A DNA stretch of 64,000 nt, taken from the NCBI GenBank assembly GCA_010015585.1, contig ML975153.1. One strand, given 5' to 3'. The notes beneath the pieces were generated by a model. It was not told the DNA's origin. It saw only the letters and a program-made list of their open reading frames with translations, and made no database searches. Shown here piece by piece: positions 34,979 to 47,058 of the stretch; position 1 is the first letter of the stretch; every line of letters begins with the position of its first letter. A program made the translations under genes and the position numbers. This stretch comes from Eremomyces bilateralis CBS 781.70. Lineage: Eukaryota.

Positions 34979-36430
34979 ATGGACAATCCTCTGGGATTGA
35001 TCAAGGATCTCTTGACGAATCCGAGACACTCACGATGGATTGCATCGTTACTCATCCTGGCCGACGCCGTCCTTTGCGTTGCGGTCATCCTCTACGTCCC
35101 ATGTATGTTTGCGCATATTCTAAGTAGTTGGATTTGCTAGGATGGAACGATGTTATAGAGCGAAGTCAACATAGCTAACGTGAATGCCTTAGACACCGAG
35201 ATCGATTGGGATGCATATATGTCACAAGTCTCCCAATTCGTGGCAGGAGAGCGTCAATACGCGAATATCAAAGGCGGTACCGGGCCTCTGGTATATCCTG
35301 CAATGCACGTCTACATCTATCGAGCACTATATGCTGTCACGGACAAAGGTAGAAATATTCGGACGGCGCAATGGATATTCGCAGGCGTCTACCTAGCTAC
35401 CCTAGCTCTGGTCATGGCCGTCTATCGCAAGGCAAAGGCACCGCCATACCTACTCGGACTGCTTGTCCTTTCGAAGAGGGTTCATTCGATCTTCTTGCTC
35501 CGGCTGTTCAATGACTCCTTCGTCGCGTTCTTCTTGTGGGCTACGATCTATTTCTATCAACGCCAGTTCTTCACAGTAGGATCCTTTTTCTACTCATTAG
35601 GCGTGGGAGTCAAGATGTCCATGCTGCTTCCTCTCCCTGCCATCGGAATTGTCCTACTGCAAGCACTTGGGCGAGAACGGGCGATCACGCAGGCACTGGT
35701 CATGGCCCAAATTCAGGTCGCGATCGGATATCCATTTCTGGTCAAGCATACGCCGCAATATTTCGAACGAGCGTTTGATCTAGGAAGGCAGTTTCTTTAC
35801 AAATGGACCGTTAACTTCCGGTTTGTGTCGGAGGAAGTCTTTCTCTCCCAGATATTCTCGTCCGCCCTTCTTGGGGCACATGCGTGGATTCTCTCGGTCT
35901 TCGCAACGACGCGCTGGCTTGCGCCGCTGCGGACCGTAAGCGGATCTTCCGTTCCCACCACTTCAGCCTCAGGAGGGTCCGGATCGGCGAGGCATGAATC
36001 CCGCAAGGCGATATCCTCATTCAAGGCGCTCCAGATCGCCTTGCTTGACCCTTACGCTTCGGAAGGATCCAGCGGTCCGGTTCCGTCCATGGCATCAGAT
36101 CTCGTCTCGGCTGCCTCAGCGACCTTTATCCCAACCGCCATCCTCACCGCAAACGCCGTCGGCATGCTCTGCGCAAGGAGTCTGCATTATCAATTCTATG
36201 CCTGGGGCTATTGGGGCACACCGTTTTTACTCTGGCGAGCAGGATTTCCACCGATAGGAATAATTGCGGTGTGGGCCGCGCAAGAAGTGGCGTGGAACAT
36301 TTTCCCGAGCACGCCAGTTAGTAGCGCAGTGGTGGTAGCCTGTCTTGCGGCGCAGGTTGGCGGCGTATGGTGGGGGACGAGGAAGGATTTCTTTGAGACC
36401 AGGAGGGAGAAAAAAGTGCATGGTGAATAA
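34979..36430 (+). CDS. ALG3: Dol-P-Man:Man5GlcNAc2-PP-Dol alpha-1,3-mannosyltransferase
   Basis: VPY|TEIDWDAYMSQV across intron 35103-35192; GGTGPLVYPA, SKRVHSIFLLRLFND, AFDLGRQFLYKWTVNFRF and CARSLHYQFY. C-terminal KKxxx ER-retrieval-like signal. Confidence 0.96.
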
Positions 36431-36443
36431 ACGAGGTCTGGTC

Positions 36444-36930
36444 TCAGACATCGCCCGCGGAGTCCTCTTCCTCGCTCTCAGATGGTGGCATCTTGCCAAC
36501 ATTGGACTCCTCATCCTCCACATCTGCTGTTTTGGCGAATTGTTTCGGCCTGGTGAGATAAACATATTAGCGTATTGGACTCTTAAGAAATCAAGCGGCC
36601 TGAAGCTCACCACCAAGGCATCTTCTTCCATATCCGGTCCTCTCTCACAACATTGATGATATCTGCTCCGACCTTCCCCGTATCTTCATCTTCGCGCCTT
36701 TGAACGAGCACAAACCCGCCTCGCTTCATCCAGACGGTGTTAACGAACTTCTGGTCCAACTCAGCCAGTGCGGATTTCCCATTTGGGAGGGAGACGGTGA
36801 AAAGGTTTCGTCCTTCATTCTTCGCGATGCGTGCAATGGTCTGGTTGTACTCGAGGGTTTCCGGGGGGTTCGCTGTTTCGAGGCCGATGGACTCCAGCTT
36901 GTTCCTTGGTGGAGCTTTTCCGCGCGGCAT
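36444..36930 (-). CDS. eIF1A-like S1/OB-fold protein (EIF1AD family)
   Basis: IARIAKNEGRNLFTV..LAELDQKFVNTVWMKRGGFVLV..IINVV..WKKMPWWP. Intron 36610-36550 is followed by the acidic tail ESNVGKMPPSESEEED; TGA at 36446-36444. Confidence 0.88.
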
Positions 36931-37381
36931 ATCGTCGTAGTATGAGTCAAGTTAATCGGGGTGGTGGAGAATGTATTCGGAACATTAATAATGATCGAGA
37001 AAGACTAGAAGAGGGAGCTCGGCGGGTGATTCACTGCTTGCGAATTTTCCGGGCGGATAGGCGGGTACATTTCCCAATAAGGAAATATACCCTATGGACA
37101 ACTGGTTCTCTCCACACCCCATCACGACTTTTCACTCAGACAACGCACTTCCTCGTCACATCCAATTTGTTGATGTGCTGAAATGCAGAGCTTCTGCACC
37201 GGATGGCCTTTAGTAAGTGTCCATAATTATGTCAATATATATCTAAAGTCGGTACTCCATTAGGAAAGCCAAAACATTGCAAAGTATTTCTCTCAGCTCT
37301 TCTTACTCTGTCATTCACGTCTCGTCTGAAGTCACCAACTTTTCTCATTGTGTGCTTTGTTCTGTTCCGGAGTCTTCAGTC

Positions 37382-38884
37382 ATGGCTCAACAACTCGGGG
37401 CCCTGATTGAGGTCAAATCAGACAAACCTATTCAGAACCCTCCTATTGCTCTTACAAAACGCGATGCCACCCCCAGCCAGTTCGAACTCGAGTTCATCCC
37501 GAACAGGAACCCTCCCAGTATCCCGCATACACCTTATGGGCCACCTCCGGAACGAGAAAACGCACTCCTATCCGGCCAAATTTCCCCGACCACACCAAAT
37601 GACCTCGAACGAAACCGGGACTCCCCTCCCAATTCCATCCAGCCCGATGCCGCCAGCCTGGTACAGACATGGCGGACCCCTTCCGTGAATAAGTGGCGGA
37701 TCCTTGCTTGTTGTCTTGAATACATGGGGAACGGAATGAATGACAGTGCTCCTGGCGCGTTGATCCCATACCTAGAAAAGTTCTACAGCATTGGCTATGC
37801 GATCGTATCCCTCGTCTTCGTAGCCAATGCGGTTGGATTCATCGCCGCAGCGTTCTTCACGAACACGACGTTGCTCCGTCTCGGTAGATCCAAGACGCTG
37901 ATGCTCTCCGAGATCTTTTTGTTGACTGGATGCGTTGCGCTTGCTTGCTCCCCGCCATTTCCGGTCGTCGTGATCGCGTTCTTCCTGTTCGGATATGGAA
38001 TGGCGACGAATTTGGCGCTGAACAACGTGTTCTGTGCCAATCTTGCGGATTCGTCGGTCATCCTCGGGCTTGCTCACGGATCATACGGCGTTGGCGGCAT
38101 TGTCGCTCCGATCATCGCCACTACGATGGTGTCCAATGGGATGGTGTGGTCGAGGTTCTACATCATTACCATCGCCGTCCGCGTTATCGCGCTCATTGCG
38201 ACCGGGCTCGCCTTTCGGGGGTACGAAGCCGACTCACCCTCTCAACCCCAGGCCGCATTGCAGACAATGGCGAGTCAACAGGGAGGCACCACTACACCGA
38301 AGTCAACCATCCTTGAAGCCATCAAGCAACGCACCACGATCATGGGTGCTTTGTTCCTCTTCGCTTACCAAGGAGCCGAAGTGGCGATTTCTGGCTGGGT
38401 CATCTCCTTCTTACTTGACTATCGGGACGGCACTCCTAGCTCTGTCGGTTACGTCACCGCCGGATTTTGGGGCGGCATCACTGTGGGCAGGTTCTTCGTG
38501 ACCCCTCTTCTGAAGAGACTCGGAGAAAGCAAATCGGTATACCTTCTTGGTATACTATCGATCGTCTTCCAGGTCCTCACCTGGCAAATACCAAGTCTAA
38601 TATCAAGCGCCGTTAGCGTGTCGATACTGGGGGTATTACTCGGCCCGATTTATCCATGTGCCACAACGATATTTGCTAGGATGCTTGATCATCGATTGCA
38701 GACAGCGGCTTTGGGTTTCATATCAAGTGCTGGTAGCTCAGGAGGAGCGATTGGACCTTTCCTTATTGGTGGTCTTGCTGGATGGAAAGGGGTATGGGTT
38801 ATGCATCCGGTTTGCATAGGGTTGTTTGGACTAATGCTAGGGTCATTCTATGGCCTGCCGAGGACAAGGAAGAGGACTGAATGA
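37382..38884 (+). CDS. MFS transporter (Bsc6-like), intronless
   Basis: GMNDSAPGALIPYLE, HGSYGVGGIVAP, FAYQGAEVAISGW, VGYVTAGFWGGITVGR and GSSGGAIGPF; about 12 transmembrane segments. Confidence 0.9.
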   Translation: MAQQLGALIEVKSDKPIQNPPIALTKRDATPSQFELEFIPNRNPPSIPHTPYGPPPERENALLSGQISPTTPNDLERNRDSPPNSIQPDAASLVQTWRTPSVNKWRILACCLEYMGNGMNDSAPGALIPYLEKFYSIGYAIVSLVFVANAVGFIAAAFFTNTTLLRLGRSKTLMLSEIFLLTGCVALACSPPFPVVVIAFFLFGYGMATNLALNNVFCANLADSSVILGLAHGSYGVGGIVAPIIATTMVSNGMVWSRFYIITIAVRVIALIATGLAFRGYEADSPSQPQAALQTMASQQGGTTTPKSTILEAIKQRTTIMGALFLFAYQGAEVAISGWVISFLLDYRDGTPSSVGYVTAGFWGGITVGRFFVTPLLKRLGESKSVYLLGILSIVFQVLTWQIPSLISSAVSVSILGVLLGPIYPCATTIFARMLDHRLQTAALGFISSAGSSGGAIGPFLIGGLAGWKGVWVMHPVCIGLFGLMLGSFYGLPRTRKRTE

Positions 38885-39112
38885 GTAGTCTGTTCAAGTA
38901 CGCGATATGTTAGCTTATGAATAGGGACGTCTGAGCGGAAGAGTTTCAAATCTAGCAGGTAAAGCGCCAACACATCCCCAATTTTTATTTAATCTATCAA
39001 AATTTATCTGACTGCATCAACCGCGCAATAAATCCCTATTCTTATCTTTCCATATCCGCAGATCTTTCTCGTGCTCTCTAAATCCCAATCTCTCTATAAA
39101 CCTGATAGATAC

Positions 39113-39910
39113 TTATCTTCCCATCCACCCCCCATCCACCGTTACAATCTCCCCACTTACATAAGCACTCGCTGCACTCGCCAACCAGACCACAACCCCC
39201 TTAAAATCCTCCGGCTTCCCCCATCTCCCCGCGGGAATCCTCGCCAGGATGGTACCTGCCCGATTCTCATCGTTGATAATCGCCGTATTCATATCCGTTG
39301 CAATGTACCCCGGTGCGATCGCATTGACGTTGATTCCCTGGCCCGCCCACTCGTTGCTCAGAGCCTTAGTCAATTGCGCTACTCCCCCCTTCGATGCTGC
39401 ATACGCGGGCACCGTAAGCCCGCCTTGGAAACTGAGCAGCGACGCGACGTTGATAATGGCGCCACGCTGGCCGCGGGAGTCAGGGGACTGGGACAGCATG
39501 TACGCGCCCACGTCGCGGCAGAGGGTGAAGACAGTGGAGAGGTTGACCTGGAGTACGTCATTCCAGTCTTCATCCGGGAATTTCTGGCTGGGGTGGCGGC
39601 GCTGGATGCCTGCGCAATTGAGGAGGATATCGATCCGTATTGAGGGGTTTCTCGAGAGAAGGTCTGGGACCAGTGAGCGGACTGATTCTGCGGAGGAGAG
39701 ATCCGCAGTGATGATCGTGCATTTTCGTGATCCGGGAAGGGACTCGATCAGGGACTTGGTCGCGGTATTTGAGGTATCTCGCTGAATCAGGATAATATCT
39801 GCGCCGGCTTCGGCCAAAGCAAGAGTCATGGCTTGACCGATGCCTCGAGTGCCACCAGTGACCAGCGCCGTCTTCCCCTCGAGGGAGAATAGTTCAAGGA
39901 CTGATCCCAT
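39113..39910 (-). CDS. Short-chain dehydrogenase, KduD-like 2-deoxy-D-gluconate 3-dehydrogenase family, intronless
   Basis: FSLEGKTALVTGGTRGIG, NCAGIQRRH, ASLLSFQGG..VPAYAASKGG (YxxxK), NEWAGQGINVNAIAPGYIATDM and RIPAGRWG..DGGWMGR. Confidence 0.92.
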   Translation of the reverse strand: MGSVLELFSLEGKTALVTGGTRGIGQAMTLALAEAGADIILIQRDTSNTATKSLIESLPGSRKCTIITADLSSAESVRSLVPDLLSRNPSIRIDILLNCAGIQRRHPSQKFPDEDWNDVLQVNLSTVFTLCRDVGAYMLSQSPDSRGQRGAIINVASLLSFQGGLTVPAYAASKGGVAQLTKALSNEWAGQGINVNAIAPGYIATDMNTAIINDENRAGTILARIPAGRWGKPEDFKGVVVWLASAASAYVSGEIVTVDGGWMGR

Positions 39911-40461
39911 TGTTGCTTGTCAGGATGGTCTCTTAGGTCTAGTACATATAATTATTGCCCGTTTTATTATCTTGCGCTTTTCCTGGAGAGTAATTCTGGC
40001 CGGCTTGGACAAAAAAAGGTATGAAACGACTCGATAGACGATAAATAGTATATACAGAAAAATATATTAAATCTCGCAAGCCCAAGAAAAATTCTCTATA
40101 AGCAATGATGATGTATTCTGTAGTTGCTGCATGTACAGATTACCGAAGGTCACCTTGTGAAGTTACGTCAATAATAATCCTTGCCCATCCGGAGGTAATG
40201 TACCCTACACGTAACTAGCGTAGCGTAAACAAAGCGGTATCAAGCCTGTATTGCTTTAAGGACAGACTGAGCAGAAAAAGCGCAACCCTTAATACATTGA
40301 AGTTAGTTAAGTAGTCCCTTTGGACATAACTATTCAATCTTCCTCAGCACAGCCCTGCTTAGCGGATCGACCAGAGAATGTTCGGTTTGTATATGGGTTG
40401 ACGTACAGGCCGAAGTAAATACCAAGATCATGCATAGGTATATATTTCTATTATACAGCTA

Positions 40462-43400
40462 TCAACACAAGAACTTCCTCCATCTACTCGTCTTTTCAAT
40501 GGAATCCTCCTCTCCAACATGATGCTTCGCGACAACCTTCAAGAAAATCTCGTCGAACGTCGTCGGACTGACCGAGTAGAATTCCAGCCCCAGAGTCTCC
40601 TTATGTTCTTCTAGCTCGACAAACAGCTTCGAGACTGAGGCACCCTCTTCTGGCTTGTTCTGTTCATCCTTATTTCCTTCAAGCCCCAAATGTACCGCTC
40701 TGGAGGGGACATGGAACCGCATCAGCCCCTGCCAATGCCTCCCCTCCCGCTCCACACTCTCTCCAAACCTCTCCTTCACCCACTTTTCCACACTCTCCAT
40801 CTCCTCCTCGCTGCTATGTGGCGCACTTTTCAAGCACAGCTGCACGTGGAATCCGTGTCCGTATTTTCTGCGCAGATGCTCCGTGTCACCGATGTCCAGC
40901 AATCGCTTTGCCAACACGCCCACGCGATTGCTCAGTGCATCCGCTTCCTCCATGGAATGGGTGGTTAGGAGGATGGCACGCCCGTTCGCGACCCTTCCGA
41001 GCGTCCGCCACATGGACCGTTTCGCAAGAGGATCCATGCCGCTGCTGGGTTCGTCAAGGAGCACGACGGCTGGGTTGCCGATCAGTGCGATCCCCAAGCT
41101 CAGCTTCCGCTTATTGCCGCCCGAGAGCTTGTGCGCCAACCTATCTCTAAACGGCGTCAATCCCACCGAATGAATGACTCCCTCGACGTTGCGGTCGACG
41201 TCGCTGACGCCACGGATCGCGGCGAAGAACCGTAAATGCTCGAGCACTGTCATCTTGTCCAATGCGTCAAATTGTGGGCAGACGCCGAGGTTAGCTCGCG
41301 CTACCTGCCTATCAGAGAGCACGCTGACTCCATCAACGAGGACGTCGCCGGAGCCGGAATTTGGCTTGACTTCGCCTCGGAGCATGGAGATTGTCGTGCT
41401 CTTGCCTGCGCCGTTCGGACCAACGAGGGCGAAGACTTCGTCCTCGCGCACGCCGAAGGTAACGTTGGTGACGGCGACAAGCTTGCCGAATGCGACTCCG
41501 CTGTAGGTCTTTGAGAGGCCAAGGGCTTTGAGCCCATCGTCGGAAACAGGGACCCTCGCGGCCTCTGCGATGACTTCGGGTTCCTCCGTGGTCCTGTCTT
41601 CAAGGTCTGATGTTCCGTGTCTGGATCGGTCCGATCGTTTGAATGGCCATTTACGTTCAAGGAAGCCGAGAGTAAATCCCGAGTCAGACCATACTAGGAG
41701 AAGGAAGAGGACGAGGCTTTGTCCGATAAGATAGAGAATGGGTCCACCGTAGTGCAAGATTCCTCCTCCATACTCTGCCTTCACTGGCGGAGAGCCACTG
41801 CATAAAATGCTGAATACATTTAAGCTCACCAGAAGAGCACGGGCCAGCTGACCAACTGGGGTGATAAGGCCAAAGGTGAAGTGTGTAATTAGGATGCTTG
41901 AATCAGCCGTATACCCCGATGCGTTGGAGGTAATGATAAAATATGCTGTTAGGTAAAGCAACAACATTACTCTGCAATCCGGATCAATTAGCAACCAGCC
42001 CAGGAAAGCAGATATCGGAGCAACTTACGCTTGAGAACCAGCAGCAAAGGCAAAGGCCGACAACTGCGACTTGGAAAACTGGGAGATAAAATAGGCTAAT
42101 AGTGTGCTCGCAATGCCGTATAGGAAGAAGACAAGAAATAAATACGCGGCCTGCCACCACGCGTCGGAGGCCCCTGCAGTAAGGATGGCTGTAGCAATAC
42201 CTGCCACGACCAAGTTTACAAAGGAATCAAAAGCAAGATAAGCGCCCCATAGCGGCAGCGGTCGCACGCCATTGCTATATTCCAACGCTCGGACGTTCCT
42301 CGTGCGCTCGATATTCGGGTATAGAGCAAAGAGAGCCGGGTATGCAGCCATGACCAGTCCGAAGTAAAAGACAAATTGCAGTGCATTGCCGGTATCTGCG
42401 GGCCAAGGAAGATCGAAAACGGCAAATTGAGTGGAGATGGTGACGTTCGAGAGGAGGACATTCAAAGCGTTGTGTAGGAACACAGCGCTGTATACTGCGA
42501 GGACACCCATGTTTGAGCGAATAGCGAGGGTAGGAGGAGTTGTCAAGTCGCCGAGGAATATGCCGCCCGGGATGATGGTGCTCTGGTTTATATCAACGAA
42601 AGTGTAAAACTCATCGACTGTCGGGACAAGGTGGACGGCGCTCATGAGGCTGCTCTGGTTGTTTGCGTTGATGGCCGTGTCGCCTGAGCCGAGAGTCTGA
42701 CTGGGTAGAATCCCCTGGATTAGTGAGATGCTGTTCCCTCTCAACGCCGACGCCGGACCAAACAGAATCTGAGGACGTATGGAATCTGAGAGAGTTTCAA
42801 TGTCCGCGTCGTTGACCTGGCTGACGGGATCGCACCCGGGGTTGTGCAGGTCTCGAAGGAGCAGCAACATGAAGCCAGCAGCAATGATTGGGAGGGCAAA
42901 CGCAGCCAAGTGCGGTACGTAATTCCGCTTGAAAACAGTCCAGCGTTTGAGGAAGAGGATGCGCATCTGCTTTAGCGTGCCGATTCGGGTGCCTGTCAAG
43001 AGGTCGGCTTGGCCGGCTTGCGACTCTCGAGTTCTTGCTCTCATGAGATCCTGAGCCACTTTGCTCGGCGTCTCTTTCGGCGTCCCAGTAGAGGGAGTAC
43101 CCATTATACTCAACTCCGCCTCGTGCTCTAGCTCGTGTTCAGAGGAGGAGTCAATCTCTTCTCCGGCCAATCTTAGGAAAACATCCTCCATCGTAGGTCC
43201 GGTGATTTGAACGTTTCGCTTCCCTTCCGCTTCTAGTTCCTTCATTTTGCTGACGGCTTCGGCGGTACTAGACACGAAATGCGTCTCATCGTGGTCGTAC
43301 TTTTCAGTGACATGCATCCCTTTCTCATCTTCATATGTTGCCATAGGGAGGACATGGACTCTGTAACCACCTCCTACCCTCCTCTTCAAGTCACCAGTAC

Positions 43401-45465
43401 TACCCGCTCCTTTCAGCCTGCCCTCTCCCATGACGACCATGTGATCGGCGAGAAATTCAGCTTCATCCAAGAAATGTGTTGTCAAGATAGTAGTTCGCTG
43501 GCCCCGCTCTTTCAGGAGGATCTCCCAGACTTTCCGCCGGGATAACGGATCGAGTCCCCCGGAGACTTCGTCGACACAGCAGACCTGGGATCCGCCAGCG
43601 AGCATGCAAATTAACTGCAACTTTCTCTTCTGACCACCGCTCAGAGTCCGTACCATGGCCTTACGTTTGTCGCTCAGGCCACAACTGTCAATCAGTTCTT
43701 GGATTTCCTGCTTACGATCCATTTTCCCAGACCTCTTCAGGCCGACGAATATTCGAGCATGCTGTTCGACAGTCAATCCGTTCCAGAGGACATTCTTTTG
43801 CGGACAAAGTCCGATTCCACCCGTGCCGTCCAGAGTAATGGAGCCTGATGTTAGCGATAATAGTCCGGCAATGGAATTGAGGGTGGTGGATTTCCCGCAT
43901 CCATTTGCACCGACGAGGACAAGAATTTGGCCTTTCAGGGCAGACAATGACAGATTCTTCACCGCCGTGACTGGGGAGGATTTGAGTCCAAGGAACGGCA
44001 TTAGCGTCCGAGCCCACCAAGGGGATTGGTAAATCTTGCTGAAATTCTCGAGCCGCACAGGGACATTCACTTGTGCGCCAGCATCGCTACTCGGTTGAGT
44101 AGGGCGCCAATTGACGTTACGACCCTTGCGAGTCGCTGCACTCCCATAGAGAGCTCGTTCGACAAATGCGGCCAAAACGATATATGCAAATGTCTGGACG
44201 ATCAAGAAAACCCAGAACGCGATCGATGGGAAGTCCCAGTGTGCGTCTGGGGCGCCTTCCGTGAGGTTTGTCCCTCTGTTGGCGTGGTCGAATCGAGCCA
44301 TGTTGATCATTGCGAGCGTAAACGCGATAGGGGAGAAGAGCGCTGATAAAACACCAACAGCTGCGACACTCATATACTTCGACGTGACTTGTCCGGCGAC
44401 GGCCAATACCAACGTTAAGATGACGGTCGTGATGCCACTCAATTGGGCTCTCTTGAAGAAAGCCGCACCAAGGATGCTCCACGAGACGAGGGACAGTCCG
44501 GCAATGATGGAGAAAATGATGACAATGCCCGCAGACGTGTTGCGAAAAAGACCGGTCTTCATGACGATTCCAATGACGATCCAGCTGGGTGCGTACATGA
44601 TATCGAAGGCAAGATGGCGAGCCACCAGTCGCGCAACCTGCGGTTCCCAACGTCGAATGTTCGGCATCATGGACTCCAGGAGATCGGCCATGCCCATTTC
44701 ACGTTCCTTTGACATGGTCCCAACAAGGTGGTAGCAGACGCCGATAAATGCAAGATACCAAACCGCTCCAAGAAAGTTCGTAACGGCCTCGAGTAGCTTC
44801 TTAGTGATCAAGTTACGATACTCCTCTGGGGTAAGCGATGTGAACAGGAGTTGTTGGGCGTTATTCGGGAGTTCCGCAGCGTTCGCATCTATGCCAGCGA
44901 TAGCCGAATCAATCGCATGCTGCAAAGGAAGATGAAACACTTGAGCGGCGTTGTCATCCCTGCTCACATCAATTGAACGACCAAATTCGCCGTCAAATCG
45001 CAATGTGTAGTTCCATCTTCCATCGGGACCCTCAGTTGGTGAGGAATGAAAGACTGCGGCACCGTAGCATTTCGTCACACCACGAAGGGTACTGCGGCAA
45101 CTATTCAGCAGCTCATTCCCATCGCGCGTCAGCACGACGCGGTGGCCGCGTTCGCGGACTGGGCCAGCCACTTCATTGATGACTCGGTCAATATCACCGT
45201 CCGGGGAAACCTCGTTGACAAACATCAAAGTGGGCCGTTCCGGTACCGCAATGGTCATGGCATCGGCGAGCGAGCGAATGGGCCGGGGACTGCCAATTCC
45301 ATATGTTTGTTGAGGCCAGAAGGCACGGATGACGAACGTGATGAAGAACGAGAAGATCAGCGGCGCAAGGAACGCACGTAAAATGGTCGTGTGAAGACTG
45401 CGTCGATTGACACCAAGAAGGAGGTCCTTCCGAACGAGGGTGAGGAGCTGGCGTAGGAACGCCAT
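40462..45465 (-). CDS. Full-size ABCA-subfamily ABC transporter
   Basis: Two transmembrane + nucleotide-binding halves: GANGCGKST/LSGGQKRKL/VDEVSGGLD/TTHFLDEAE and GPNGAGKST/LSGGNKRKL/LDEPSSGMD/TTHSMEEAD. One intron, 42028-41972, joins ORFs 42025-45465 and 40462-41994. Confidence 0.95.
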
Positions 45466-46167
45466 TTTGGACTGGACCGAGCGATTAAAGAAAATAAAGA
45501 GAGATATTCATAGACATATCTATAATTGACGAGACAAGTACTATTGAATTCTGAAACCCATTCTTCGGCTTGTAAGCGGAATCTACGCCAGATGACGTGG
45601 ATACGAACGAGAATGATAACACAACACAGAACTGAAGGTCCAGGTAGAATTGGCAACGAATTCGAAGTAAGGATCTTGACTCAGCGACAGTACTCTAAAT
45701 TCCAATATTGGTTAGAAAAAACGCGTGGAAATCGGCAAGATGGGACCAAACTAAAGCAAGGTTGCGAGGATGGAGGCGCAGCAGGCTTGGAATTTCTTGT
45801 CATGGTCGATGATTCCGACGAAGTCAGAAATAACAGAACACCACGATCCAGTCGGCGTTAAGATTGCTAAATTGCCGACTATACGCTAATTCCAGTTAGA
45901 AGAGATATGTTTTTTAAGGAGGACATGATTGGTGGAGCCACATCCAGTTGGCGATTATTAACACTAGAGAGAATTGAGAACAGAATATTTATTACTATTT
46001 CCTACCTTGATGATTGCTTTCTACTGGGCTTATCTCAACTACTTTTTTATATATTCATGTTGACACACCTCTACACCTAGAATCTCAATTGCGATGGACT
46101 TGATGTTCCATCTCTAAGCCGCCGTGTCAGGAAAATAAGCAGTTAAACCATCGGCTGCTAAGCCAGA

Positions 46168-47044
46168 ATGACATCCATAGCCCAGCCAAGAAAGCCTCTC
46201 CATCCCGCCGAAGCTCTGTTGTCACTGGCACATCCACCCACAACAGCAGCATCATTGTTCAAATCCACCGTCTCTCTAAAACCCCTCCCCTTCATCCCCA
46301 ACACCCAACTCGACCCATCCGCCGCCCGAGATGCGCGTGACCGTCGCCGTCTCGCTCGCGAGAGGAAACAGGAGGCGAAGCTCGCGCAGCGGAAGTTCCG
46401 AGCGAGTGGCAAACCGAAGCCGCTGAGCGCGAAGATGAAGCGTGCGCTCGGGGTCCACAAGATCTCGAAGGAGGAGAAGAGATGGGAAATTTATGTGCCG
46501 CTGTGGGCTATGTGGGCTGACTATGTGAGAGGGCTGCTCGGGATTGATGCCGATGAAGAAGAAGGAAAGAGTGAGGATGCGATGGAGGGGGTCGAGGATG
46601 GGGAGGCGAAGCAGTCGAAGAAGCACCAGTTCGTTAGCGTTGCGAATGGGGGCCCGTTGCTTGCTTCTGCGGACTTTCATGGCGCATATCTGGAGGTGGT
46701 GCAATGCCGCTGTGTGAGTCGGGTTGGCCTTCGGGGCATCGTGTTGAAGGACACGAAGTTCACCTATGAAATGATTACGAGGGACAATGAGATTAAAGGT
46801 GTGGAAATTCTATCCCAACCGATAGTATTAATCGCAGCACTAACGGATCTGACGCATAGTTGTGCCGAAGGAATTCACAATACTCCGGATGGAGCTTCCA
46901 CTCGCCTCCAATCCTGCCATCAATTCCAATGGACAGGTGGAAGGCAGGACACTTGTGTTCGAACTGCACGGTTCTAGACTACAGAACAGGGCCCCCGATA
47001 GGGCAAACAAGAAGCTCAAGGACACATTCAGGTTGGAAGATTGA
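46168..47044 (+). CDS. POP4: RNase P/MRP subunit p29
   Basis: KPKPLSAK, YVPLWAMWADYV and LASADFHGAYLEVVQCRCVSRVGLRGIVLKDTKFTY. Intron 46799-46859 is followed by VVPKEFT..FELHGSRLQNRAPDRANKK. Confidence 0.92.
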
Positions 47045-47058
47045 GCCCGTTCCGCATC

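Noticed and set aside
37382..39910. MFS + KduD-like SDR as a horizontally acquired sugar-acid cluster
   Set aside because: Both families are common in fungi. They are convergent with no third pathway gene, and lacking introns is not evidence of transfer on its own.
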